A stretch of DNA of 63,271 nt, counting the filler, from Octopus bimaculoides (lineage: Eukaryota), in NCBI RefSeq assembly GCF_001194135.2. It is 3 parts of 3 records of this genome, joined end to end, with 100 filler letters (N's around TTAATTAATTAA, not from the genome) between each part and the next. Parts side by side here need not be neighbours in the genome. Positions count along the whole stretch, not along the records: positions 1 to 29,983 come from NC_068982.1; 2 more parts are not named here. One strand, written 5' to 3'. Each line of letters opens with the position of its first letter. Position 1 is the stretch's first letter. A program made the translations under genes and the position numbers. The notes beneath the pieces are model-generated. The model did not search any database, had not been told where the DNA came from, and was given only the letters and a program-made list of their open reading frames with translations. This document shows, one piece after another, positions 1-11,379 of this stretch.

Positions 1-22
1 TATATATATATATATATATATA

Positions 23-205
23 TTCTTTTACTTGTTTCAGTCATTTGACTGTGGCCATGCTGGAGCACCGCCTTTAGTCGAACAAATCGACCCCAGGACT
101 TATTTTTTGTAAGCCTAGTACTTATTCTATCTGTTTCTTTTGCCGAACCGCTAAGTTACGGTGACGTAAACACACCAACATCGGTTGTCAAGTAATGGGG
201 GCAAA
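23..205 (-). mobile_element. SINE 3' module (family A tail)
   Basis: Reverse complement matches the plus-strand modules at 39248-39351 and 15985-16175 (gtttacgtcnccgtaacttagcggttcggcaaaag...aggcggtgctccagcatggccacagtc). Confidence 0.8.
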
Positions 206-411
206 CACAAACACACACAAATATATATATGTATGTATATAAATAGCACCCATCCTACATCCCCTTACAGGAAGACCAACACAACTTCAACTGAAACGTA
301 AGGCTTTCTTTACCTATCGCTATTATTATACATTAATGTATATACATTAATATACCCACTAATCACTTCTCCCACATCCCTCACACCACGAACTCTTAAC
401 ATACTCCTCAA

Positions 412-463
412 CATTCTGAAGAGATCTGCCAAACCATTGGCTAGATTGAAACGTACGTAAATG
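412..463 (+). ncRNA. Minimal type I hammerhead ribozyme
   Basis: Stem I CATT(412-415)/AATG(460-463); core CTGAAGA 416-422; stem II of 10 pairs with one bulge (423-447, first pair G.U); GAAA 448-451; helix III A-U and C-G capped by palindromic GTAC; cleavage triplet GUA 457-459. Confidence 0.7.
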
Positions 464-1104
464 ACTATTACATAACATCCACAATGACTCACTACATAAC
501 CTCAACCTCCACAATGAATCATTACATAACCTCCACATAATAAAACAACGGCTAACTAGCCCAACAGAATTGCTTCTTCTTGTATTTGTTGCACATTCTC
601 CACATANNNNNNNNNNNNNNNNNNNNNNNNNNNNNNNNNNNNNNNNNNNNNNNNNNNNNNNNNNNNNNNNNNNNNNNNNNNNNNNNNNNNNNNNNNNNNN
701 NNNNNNNNNNNNNNNNNNNNNNNNNNNNNNNNNNNNNNNNNNNNNNNNNNNNNNNNNNNNNNNNNNNNNNNNNNNNNNNNNNNNNNNNNNNNNNNNNNNN
801 NNNNNNNNNNNNNNNNNNNNNNNNNNNNNNNNNNNNNNNNNNNNNNNNNNNNNNNNNNNNNNNNNNNNNNNNNNNNNNNNNNNNNNNNNNNNNNNNNNNN
901 NNNNNNNNNNNNNNNNNNNNNNNNNNNNNNNNNNNNNNNNNNNNNNNNNNNNNNNNNNNNNNNNNNNNNNNNNNNNNNNNNNNNNNNNNNNNNNNNNNNN
1001 NNNNNNNNNNNNNNNNNNNNNNNNNNNNNNNNNNNNNNNNNNNNNNNNNNNNNNNNNNNNNNNNNNNNNNNNNNNNNNNNNNNNNNNNNNNNNNNNNNNN
1101 NNNN

Positions 1105-1136
<32 letters not shown>

Positions 1137-1259
1137 AGAACGGAAGGTTCTGTATACACGTGGGATAAGAAAAGAAATGTAAGAGTCACAGAAAGCTTGT
1201 ATAATAAAATTTATGGTAATATTAGGATCATGTTACATCATTACATCATTACAAATTAG

Positions 1260-1297
1260 ATAAGTACCGGTTTCACGATCAACGATTGTCAACTTAT
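1260..1297 (-). ncRNA. Hammerhead-like motif (U3-A8 variant) in the inverted pseudo-LTR
   Basis: Minus strand reads ATAAG-TTGACAA-TCGTTGATCGT-GAAA-CCGG-TA-CTTAT. Stem I is 5 bp and the ACCGGT palindrome is intact; the first stem II pair is U-U. Confidence 0.45.
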
Positions 1298-1352
1298 ATA
1301 GAGAACACTTTTTTGCTGTCAGTAGGACGCCATCTTTGAAAAAAAAGTAAAC

Positions 1353-2056
1353 CCAACCCAACTCATTAATGAAGGAGTAAAACGTGCCAAATCTATCGGC
1401 ACCGAAACATTAAGAAAAACCAAAGACATTAACAAACCTCTCATTAAAACAAAACCATACATTTCCACATACAACTCCAGAAACAAAGAAGCATTCAGCA
1501 CAATCATACAAAAACCTACCAATACTACACAAGGACCCCAAACTAAAAAGAATTTTACGTGACATTAAAATTGTCAAAAGCAACAAACAACCTAAGCCAT
1601 TAAAGAAACTGCTAACTAATGCAAAATTATTCCCCTTCACAACAAGCCTCAAAGTAAAAAAAAATGTAATCACTCCAACTGTGGTACATGCCCCAACCTT
1701 TTGTAAGGGTCAGAATACTATTTTAAACAAGGGCAACACTACAATTAAATCAAATTTTACTTGTGCATCCGAAAATCTGATCTAGGTAATCAGATGCTCG
1801 GGCTGCCAGAAAGACTATATCGGTAGCACGGGAAATTCTATCCGTCAACGTTGTACGGTGCATCGTCAACAGATAGCCGCACCACAATACCGCCAAATTT
1901 ATCTCAGTGAACATATCGACGAAACAAATACAACCTAAATTCACTATTTTCCCTCTAAATAAATTTGCTGACTGGACTTCTACACAAGCCCGACTCAATG
2001 AAGAGACATATTTCATCCAAAAATACAAACCTGAACTAAACACCAATTCATTTTAA
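1353..2056 (+). pseudogene. PLE ORF remnant: RT thumb, Cys-rich linker, GIY-YIG endonuclease
   Basis: Hand translation across frameshifts: PTQLINEGVKRAKS...PYISTYNSRNKEAFSTIIQ/NLPILHKDPKLKRIL...QPKPLKKLLTNAKL; KCNHSNCGTCPN; NFTCASENLI*VIRCSGCQKDYIGSTGNSIRQRCTVHRQQI...HID...RLNEETYFIQKYKPELN. A TAG at 1783-1785 replaces the first GIY tyrosine. Confidence 0.9.
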
Positions 2057-2812
2057 TTGTATTATTAATTGTCACTTAATTACTTGACTCCTGGACACCC
2101 ATTCATATTCAAACCTGAGTAATGAGAGGTCTGACATGACTCTTATGGAGAAAGTATTCATACCTTGGCAATTGCTTTATCGTTCATTTTCATTTTCTAT
2201 TGGACTGATTTATTTTATTCAGTTATGGAATTTCAACATAGACAAAAAAAGTTATATATGTATGCCAACCACAATTTTTAGGTATAAATTACTGTTCATA
2301 CTTTTGTGTGTGTGTATGTATGTATGTATGTATGTATGTATGTATATATACATATATACATACGTATNNNNNNNNNNNNNNNNNNNNNNNNNNNNNNNNN
2401 NNNNNNNNNNNNNNNNNNNNNNNNNNNNNNNNNNNNNNNNNNNNNNNNNNNNNNNNNNNNNNNNNNNNNNNNNNNNNNNNNNNNNNNNNNNNNNNNNNNN
2501 NNNNNNNNNNNNNNNTATGTATGTATGTATGTATATATACATATATATTTTACAAGAGAGAAAATGAGATGTTAGAGCATAAAATATATGCATATACACT
2601 CATTCACACATTACTGCTTAATTTTTAAAACCTAGTAGGGTAATATAATTAACTGTGAATAAAATGCAATAACTCCTGTAACAGCATGCTTGCCAAAAAC
2701 ACTGAAGTGCTTCATGAAAAATGAGAGTTGCTCCCCTTGACATATTGCTTCATCTCTGTTTACTTTTTTTCAAAGATGGCGTCCTACTGACAGCAAAAAC
2801 TGTTTTCTCTAT

Positions 2813-2850
2813 ATAAGTTGACAATCGTTGATCGGGAAACCAGTACTTAT
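2813..2850 (+). ncRNA. Hammerhead-like motif (U3-A8 variant) in the 3' pseudo-LTR
   Basis: ATAAG-TTGACAA-TCGTTGATCGG-GAAA-CCAG-TA-CTTAT. Stem II has 3 pairs; the helix III palindrome carries one CpG-type change. Confidence 0.45.
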
Positions 2851-2946
2851 TTAATTTGTAATGATGTAATGATGTAATATGATCCTAATATTATTATACA
2901 AACTTTCTGTGACTCTTACATTTCTTTTCTTTCTTATATATATATG

Positions 2947-3103
2947 TACGTGATGGGCTTCTTTCGGTTTCCGTCAACCAAATTCATTCACAAGGCTTTG
3001 ATCGTTCCGATCCTACTGTTGTAGACACTTGCTAAAGTTGTTACACAGTGGAACTGAACCATGTGGCTGGAAAGCAAATTTCTTACCACACACCCACACC
3101 TAC
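2947..3103 (-). mobile_element. tRNA-derived SINE head with CORE-like segment (family B)
   Basis: Reverse complement aligns by eye to 39055-39225 (gtgtggtaag...ttccagccacatggtt...gcaagtgtct...caaagccttgtgagtggatttg.tagacggaaactgaaagaagcc). Confidence 0.75.
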
Positions 3104-4149
3104 ATATATATATATATATTCAGAAGTTGTATGTTATGATCACAACTGGCACCACCAAAACAGCGATGTACCTGCAAGATTTCACACATAAATATCACTA
3201 TCATATAATGCTATTATTAAAAGCAACGTTCTTCAAGTATTCCTCTTGCTGGTTTCAACTACGCTGAATGATTTATTAAACAAGTATGACTGCGATTAAT
3301 TAAATTATTACATTCTATGAATATGTATATGGTTGTATTCAAACTGAAGACTGGTGCATGTTTAGGAATAGCATTATATATCAGACTTTAGATATGATTA
3401 TTTCTTTGTGGTATTTCAATAACTTTACGTTTTCTTCATTTTCATTTCTTTCCTCCTTTTCTATTTCTTTCTCCATTTCTATACAGTTTGGTTAGAAATG
3501 TTAATTACATAGATATGTGAAATTTTTATTAATATACTACGCATTCACATGCACATTTCTTCGTTAATTACGAGCTGAAGCATGTATTTTACAGACTCCT
3601 GCATATTTGTTAATGTCAAGTTCCAATTCCTTCATGCTTTTAGATTTCTTTCCGTTAGTTTCTTTACTTTGGAATGAGGTGAGCGGTATCTTTAACAGCA
3701 ATTAAGGAAGCTTACAAATTCCTTCCACTATGTTAGTTTAATTATCGCTATAGTATTTACTACGTTATCACTATAGTCATTATTGTTATTAATTTTGTTA
3801 ATGCTATTCCTTTTTGTTTTGTTTTTTTTTCTTTTTGCATTTGGTTTTTTTGTAACAACAGACATGTCTATAAAAATTAAATATTAGAATCACTTTGATC
3901 ATCAGAACGTCGACAGTATATACTATGTTACCAACCTACTGAGTCAACACACTGCTACTAAAACAAGAACTTCGTTTCTCCTGAGTTTAGTAATGTCTTC
4001 TGGCCTTAGTACTACTGGATCACGAGTTTGGAGAGAAGCGAACAGTCGATAAAAATCTATATGAAGGTATATATTTTAAAGATCCCGAAAAAAAATTTGA
4101 CCACGGTATAATTTGAATTCAGAATATTAAAGGATCAAATAATATATTT

Positions 4150-4358
4150 CAAATGTTGTCACAAGGTCAGCAATTTCGGGGCTAGGTGTAAGTTGATTAC
4201 ATCGGTCTCAGGACTCAGCTGGTATTTATTTTATCGATCCCGAAAAGCTGAAAGGTAAAGTCGGCCGCTGTAGAATTTGAACTCAGAAAGTGAAGACGGT
4301 TGAAATGCTGCTAAGCATTTTGCCTGGCGTACTAACGATTCTGCCAGCTCGTCGCCTT
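4150..4358 (-). mobile_element. tRNA-derived SINE (family C)
   Basis: Reverse complement of the aaggcggcgagctggcagaa.cgttag...ctgagttcaaattc...tttcatcctttcggggtcgataaa..aagtaccag pattern seen at 6072-6268. Confidence 0.8.
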
Positions 4359-4654
4359 ATAGATCAAACTAAATATTACAATAAATGATGTTCTGCGCGC
4401 CACCGATTCTACCACCCAGCGCATTTTTCTGAGTTAATAAATACCCCCACCATTGAATTGGCAGTATTAATAAAGTGTCTTACGATACTCAGCAGCGCTT
4501 TTCTTTTTACGTTTTGCTTTCGTATTCCTATCAAAACAATCTTTACCTTTCAATGTTCTGCTTGATAAAATAAACACTTGTCAAAAACTAGAATCAATCT
4601 TAATCAAATTTAGCCTCTCCAAAACATTTGAGTTCTCTCCGTATTTTTACGTCC

Positions 4655-5335
4655 TCACTACTTGATCCAGGTCTGCTCACTGTGAATGAAACGCCGGAGA
4701 TAACGCACCCTCAGTGCATGTCTGTGCATCATCAACATCTACAGTAGTGGTTCCCAAACTGGACAGTACTGTCTCTTTGGGGTAGATGGAAAGATCTGTT
4801 GAGGGATGAAGAAAAGTGGGAGCGATAAGGGGGTGGCCAAAGGGGGGAGGTGGATGTAAGAACAACAAAATAATCGGTTTATTAGGTTAGGTTTTATTTG
4901 TGAAATACAGTTGTTTTGAATTTGATGCAAAACGTGACCTATGTTTGTTGTGGTACGTAGGGTTGGAGCGCTAGGAATGTGGCCTGGGTACCAAGCGGAG
5001 GGCATCCCGAAAAAGTTTGGGGACCACTGATCTACAGCATCCCCAATCTTCTGTTCAGCAGGTGTTGAAAACAAATGAAGAGCCTGACCCATAGAACGCG
5101 TCCCCTCAACAGAAAGCGGATGGGCAGGTGCTCCATTCCAGTAAGACGTGATCTGTGGCGAGACACGATGGTCAGGTAATAATATATGATGGAGGCGATG
5201 TAATCTTCCGGTATCTCTGACCGACATTTGAGGAATGGCTTTCCTTCGGCTTATTTCTGGATGGAATAGGTCACTATACTCTTCGCCTCGTCCCAATTTT
5301 TCTCCACTTGGAAGTCTGGACCGAACCAGACTCCG
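4655..5335 (-). mobile_element. L1/Tx1-clade LINE ORF2 remnant (post-RT thumb region), interrupted by a MITE
   Basis: Minus frame: GVWFGPDFQVEKNWDEAKSIVTYSIQK*AEGKPFLKCRSEIPEDYIASIIYYYLTIVS...MEHLPIRFLLRGRVLWVRLFICFQHLLNRRLGML*, then after MITE removal MLMMHRHALRVRYLRRF. This fits the G.WFG...NW...W..R.LS..GR...FLW.G...V.....GGLG.P pattern of Tx1/L1 ORF2. Confidence 0.75.
4745..5029. mobile_element. hAT (Charlie-like) MITE, 285 bp
   Basis: TIRs (T/C)AGTGGTTCCCAAACT ... AGTTTGGGGACCACTG. Perfect 8-bp TSD ATCTACAG at 4737-4744 and 5030-5037. Confidence 0.92.
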
Positions 5336-5372
5336 TGGTGGTGGTGGTGGTGGTGGTGGTGGTGGTGGTGGT
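5335..5372. repeat. (GGT)n microsatellite running into a gap
   Basis: Direct reading. Confidence 0.95.
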
Positions 5373-5894
5373 NNNNNNNNNNNNNNNNNNNNNNNNNNNN
5401 NNNNNNNNNNNNNNNNNNNNNNNNNNNNNNNNNNNNNNNNNNNNNNNNNNNNNNNNNNNNNNNNNNNNNNNNNNNNNNNNNNNNNNNNNNNNNNNNNNNN
5501 NNNNNNNNNNNNNNNNNNNNNNNNNNNNNNNNNNNNNNNNNNNNNNNNNNNNNNNNNNNNNNNNNNNNNNNNNNNNNNNNNNNNNNNNNNNNNNNNNNNN
5601 NNNNNNNNNNNNNNNNNNNNNNNNNNNNNNNNNNNNNNNNNNNNNNNNNNNNNNNNNNNNNNNNNNNNNNNNNNNNNNNNNNNNNNNNNNNNNNNNNNNN
5701 NNNNNNNNNNNNNNNNNNNNNNNNNNNNNNNNNNNNNNNNNNNNNNNNNNNNNNNNNNNNNNNNNNNNNNNNNNNNNNNNNNNNNNNNNNNNNNNNNNNN
5801 NNNNNNNNNNNNNNNNNNNNNNNNNNNNNNNNNNNNNNNNNNNNNNNNNNNNNNNNNNNNNNNNNNNNNNNNNNNNNNNNNNNNNNNNNNNNNN

Positions 5895-5921
5895 TAACGA
5901 TTCTGCCAGCTCGCCGCCTTA
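5895..5921 (-). mobile_element. Family C SINE 5' end (remainder lost in the gap)
   Basis: taacgattctgccagctcgccgcctta is the reverse complement of the family C head. Confidence 0.7.
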
Positions 5922-5922
5922 G

Positions 5923-6071
<149 letters not shown>

Positions 6072-6268
6072 AAGGCGAGCTGGCAGAAACGTTAGCACGC
6101 CGGGTGAAATGTTTAGTGGTATTTACGTTCTGAGTTCAAATTCCGCCGAGGTCTACTTTGCCCTTCATCCTTTCGGGGTCGATAAATTAAGTACCAGTTG
6201 CGTACGGAAGTCGATCTAATCGACTGGCCCCCTCCCCAAAAGTTTCGGGCCTTGTGCATAGAGTAGAA
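6072..6268 (+). mobile_element. tRNA-derived SINE (family C), well preserved
   Basis: A-box-like TGGCAGAAACGTTAG and B-box GAGTTCAAATTCC. The body gcccttcatcctttcggggtcgataaattaagtaccag resembles the Nin/Deu-type conserved SINE domain (recalled). Followed by (AAT)n. Confidence 0.85.
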
Positions 6269-6351
<83 letters not shown>

Positions 6352-6726
6352 CTGCTTGGCGCTTGTTTTTACCGTAGGCACTTGACTGGTACGTTCAAAT
6401 ATTAGGATTGACTGTGACTATGAAAACACCGAACTATAATACGTTAGAGTACATTGCAGTATTTAGTTTCAGCATCAAATCTTAGTCTGAACTATTTCCT
6501 TTTATTTACAGATAAAATATGTACCAGAAATTTACTGCGTCAATCCAATTATTCCATACGTTGGCTTTGCGCCAAAGGGTTTTAAAAAGTCATCATTTCT
6601 TAAAATATTTATCTTGGCCCACTTTCTAAACAGCCTTTAAATACTACGAAAGAAAGTTATGAAGCTACATTCTTTTTCACTTTGTTTTCTTATGTCTGTA
6701 TGTGTGTATGTGTATGTGTATGTGTG

Positions 6727-6806
<80 letters not shown>

Positions 6807-8067
6807 TGTTTGTGTGTGTAATATGTCTGTTTTTAACGAATACCTACGTCTAACGCATAATCTTGTGACCTTCAGCGACTAAGTTCGAGGCTATTTTTAT
6901 TATCTCGAGTGATATTTTTAACATTTACCAAAACGTTAATATTTATAGAATCATATTCCTCAAACAGGTGTAAATTTAGTTTGGATATTCGCCCATATTT
7001 TACCAAAATGCTAAAACAAATCAGATTTATACCTTCAAAACTTTCACACATCTTGACGCAGACACGCTGATGTGCTTGTTTTATGTATGTATGTATGTAT
7101 GTATGTATGTATGTATGTATGTATGTATGTATATTTGTGTGCGTGTATGCCTGCCTGCTTCATTGTGTATATACGTAACTGTTCTCCCTATTTGTGTGTT
7201 GGTGTGTAACTGATGTGTCTGTATAAGTTTGTGTGTATTTTTATGGTTTAGTGTGATATACAATGTTCATTTATCGTGTTTGTTTTTATGACTTCTTCTG
7301 ATGAAACTAGACAAAACTGATTACCTGCTCAACGATCGACGTTAGATAGTAAATACTTACAAGGCAGTTATGTCTATGAGTGATTTAGTCATTTTAACAA
7401 CTCGAATAATGAGCCAGTCGAAACATTATCTATCAATATGAAATTAGCAATATCATCACTGTATGATTAGGCGGGAGTATATCAATATGAATTAGCTTCA
7501 TGAGAAGAGTTGGAAAATAGGTAGCTGCTTATTTTAGCGTTTATAAATAGTGTGGCAAGCTACAATATATTTTTTGTTAATATCACTAAAGTTCTTAACG
7601 GCTCGTAAAAAGAAAATCTGTGTTTAATTATAATCGCGCATAAAGAAGCGGATTAGAGATAAATTATCTGTTGTACAGAAAGGCAATCTAATGAAATATT
7701 CTTGCATTCTCTCGCCCCATTTTACGATAGCTAATTGAAACTGATCGTATAGATTAATTACTTGTAGAGATACCTTATTTCGTTATGCAACCATAATATT
7801 CTATAAAGTATACAAAACGCTTTATAAGTCAGTACTGTGTCATACTGTGTTAGTAGTGCTATTAAATCACTCAACAGATTTAATTGTACTGATCAAATAT
7901 ACAATGAATTTCCTTTGTGGTGCTGAACTCAAGACAGTTAAGCTAAAAGTAAATATTTGTCTATCCACTTTGAAGCATTTAACAATTCGATTCTTCAGTG
8001 TGAATATATAGTATTTAATAGAAATTATATCAGTGGGAACGTTGAACAAATGTTCGATTTTACAGTA

Positions 8068-8450
<383 letters not shown>

Positions 8451-8477
8451 AAAATTCACTCCATAATTGCCCACATG

Positions 8478-8698
8478 CATGTGGCATAGTGGTTAAGAGC
8501 GCTACTAACCCCAAGAGTCCAAGTTCGATTCCAAGCAGTGACATGAACAATAATAATAATAATAACATCGAAAAATACCTTAGGAATTTCCCCAAGACAC
8601 CTGAAGAAGGTTGGAGGGTATATCCGCCGAAATGTTGTGTTAACAACAAACTAGATGAGGACAAATATCCGTCGAATGTAAATAATGTAAATAATGTA
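8478..8698 (+). mobile_element. tRNA-headed SINE-like unit with hammerhead tail, right copy
   Basis: A-box TGGCATAGTGG 8482-8492, B-box GTTCGATTCC 8523-8532, short (AAT)n, HHR 8596-8641, tail ending in repeated tgtaaataa. Confidence 0.85.
8596..8641 (+). ncRNA. Minimal type I hammerhead ribozyme, damaged copy
   Basis: GACAC-CTGAAGA-A-GGTTG...CCGCC-GAAA-TG-TT-GTGTT. Three substitutions relative to 8147-8192; the ACGT palindrome is broken. Confidence 0.65.
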
Positions 8699-9695
8699 CG
8701 GTTTTACAGTATTCTTATATAGTTAAAAATAATCGGAGAATTTTAAACTAGCCATTCGAATCGTCCCTGGGTCTGGAAATTGCTTTACTGAAAGATTGGG
8801 TACCATTTTACATTTTGCTTTATTATTTCATCAGAAGGGGTCAAGTTTTATCCATGCAGTAAAAAGAAAATTCATTCGTTTGCAAATATGTGCGCATATA
8901 TGTGTGACCTTTCTTAAACTGTATGCACTTACCACAGATACTCTCTTCTCTGAAATTAGCCAAGCCACATCTCAATCCTTCACAGTTGGTTTATACTTTC
9001 AAAGCTCACAACACCTAACCACCCAACAGGCTTAACATCACCATTCTCGGTCATTTTTTAAGAATATTCCCCCTCACTACCCTTAATCATTTCTCTCCAG
9101 AAAATGTCCATTTCTTTCAATTCTCTATCTCTTAATGTACTCTTTGATTCGATATCATTAGTGTCGTTGTACGGGTGGAGATGGCAGTATCGTTACCCAG
9201 TTTTTCGGGTGAAAATTTCCTGCTATAAATATAATCAAAACTGTTATCTGGTTATCATCACTATTAACCCTACCATCCCAGTTGACTGACGATGCAGAAC
9301 GTGAAATATGATTAGCGGCTCACTTCGATTCAGGTTCAGCCTTGAATAAATTGCGCGCGCACACAAACACATACACATACGTGTGTGCATAGTTTATTAT
9401 AATGTTCATGTTCATCTTACCATCATAAGAGATGCAGGATGTGTGCATATTCAATGTGGCGCCTCACCACCAATTTTGATTTTAATAACTTTCTCAAAAG
9501 TCACACTTTTTTAAATGTAATTTTACTGAGGCGTGTTTTCGATAAATTATAATACGATTATGTTGATAACATTTAGAAAATTAATAACATATATTTATAG
9601 CAAATATACAAATGAAAAATTTGCTTTATTTAATTGTATTTTAAGGTAATAAATATTTTTCTTTTTCCACATTAATATTCATTTCTTTATTTTGT

Positions 9696-10162
9696 ACTAG
9701 CAGAGGCACCCAGCGTTGCTCGGGAATGAAATTGTTGCTTATATACTTGAAGAAAAAAAAAGGCAAAATATGCTGTATAGAAATTTGAGGACATTCTGTA
9801 GATGGACTCTCAGATGAATGATGGCTGGGCGCCTCTCATGAATTGGGAAAATTGAAGATATGCCAAAAAGCCTCATTGGTACTTGGAAACTCTTACGAAA
9901 ATTAAAATGGAGATTAAATGAAAAAAATGATTTACGTGAATATCCTCACAAGAGTAATTGAAATAAATGGCGATTGTGGAACCCCCCACGTACGCACGCA
10001 CGCACGCGCGCGCGCATACACACGTGTGTCTTTGTAAATATGTTTGTATACATTTATGTATGTGTGTGTTTGTAAGAGACAGAGTGTGAGTGAGTCAAGG
10101 GATGTGTGTGTGCGTGTGTATGTGTGTGAGACAGAGTGAGAGAGCGGTGTGTATGTAGTATT

Positions 10163-10210
<48 letters not shown>

Positions 10211-10472
10211 CACACTCACACACAAAATAGAGAGTGAAGCTTTTTGCGGTTGTTACGTCAATACCGGAAGTTGACATTGAGGAACCTTTTTAAAGAAGTG
10301 AATCTTAAATATAAAGCAATATTATTTATTTTTAATTTAAAAAATCAAATGAAGAGCCTAAGATTTATCCGAGGTCAAATTATTCATGCATGACAAGTAT
10401 GGAAGCATTTGGTGAAGTCGATTTCACGTGAAAAGCGATTACACACACATCTGTTTTATATATAGTATAGAT
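9696..10472 (+). mobile_element. Helitron/Helentron-type non-autonomous element with internal microsatellites
   Basis: 5' ACTAGCAGAGGCACCCAGCGTTGCTCGGG (short subterminal hairpin), internal (GT)n/(CT)n, 3' end ctgttttatatatagtatagat. This architecture recalls DINE-1/Lep1-like elements. Confidence 0.55.
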
Positions 10473-10594
10473 AAGCACCAAGAAATTTGATAAAAGTTAA
10501 ATCATAATCATTGTATGTATGTCATATTTTCTGATATTAACGATGGTGGCAAAGGCATACTTCAAAGTTACCAGTCTCATGACATATAAGTCTC

Positions 10595-10716
<122 letters not shown>

Positions 10717-11379
10717 AAACATATTTCGTATTGATTCTTGCAACATAGTGAAAGCAATAAAACTAGAAACATTTGGAAGTACACTCTCAAATATATACAT
10801 ATATTTACATATTTATATCTATATCAAACACAGTAATAAGCTTATCAAACAGCAGTTACACGTTTATTTTCACTTATTCAGCCCAGCCCCAGTCACATCG
10901 CTTTTATATTCATTTCTTTTTCATCTCCCTTCGAACAGTCATGGCGACATATTCTCTTTGTGGAAATATCAAAATATCATTCGTTTAGCACATTATACGT
11001 TCAATAAACGTTACTTTGTGGCGATACTTTCAAAGATTTGGTGTAACAGTAAGGTAATATCGTAATGCGGTAGCATTTTTATCACTGCTGTTTGACAAAT
11101 GCACCATCGGGCATCGCTGAATTGACAACTGTTTAATCTGCCAGAAGTCAAGAAAAAAATATACAAGCGGTGTTGGTATTTCTCGTAATAGAAGCAGATT
11201 GACAACCAGATTCTGAATTTTATATCCAAATCAGGATATAAAATTTCGGATGAGTTCCTGACCAAGCAGCTATGAAAAAGTCTTTCATGAACATAACTGA
11301 TATCTTATATGGGTAGATGACGTCAAATTTGAGAGGGAGAGTGAAATGGATTAGACAGAACTCCAGTATTTCACTATGA

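Larger units (their letters stand above)
1167..2931 (+). mobile_element. Penelope-like retroelement (Neptune-type), 5'-truncated, with inverted pseudo-LTR
   Basis: 1167-1351 is a reverse-complement match to 2759-2931. The repeats flank a decayed RT-thumb/linker/GIY-YIG reading frame at 1353-2056. Confidence 0.85.

Noticed and set aside
262-305. GAAACGTA motif upstream of the 412 ribozyme, as a tandem second HHR
   Set aside because: No CUGANGA or UUGANAA core and no stem II.
4739-5296. 185-aa minus-strand ORF
   Set aside because: It is an off-frame read of a Tx1/L1 remnant running into a MITE; the meaningful frame is a different one and contains stops.
8482-8545. tRNA gene (Ser-like anticodon loop CTACTAA)
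   Set aside because: The anticodon and acceptor stems do not close; it is a SINE head, not a tRNA gene.
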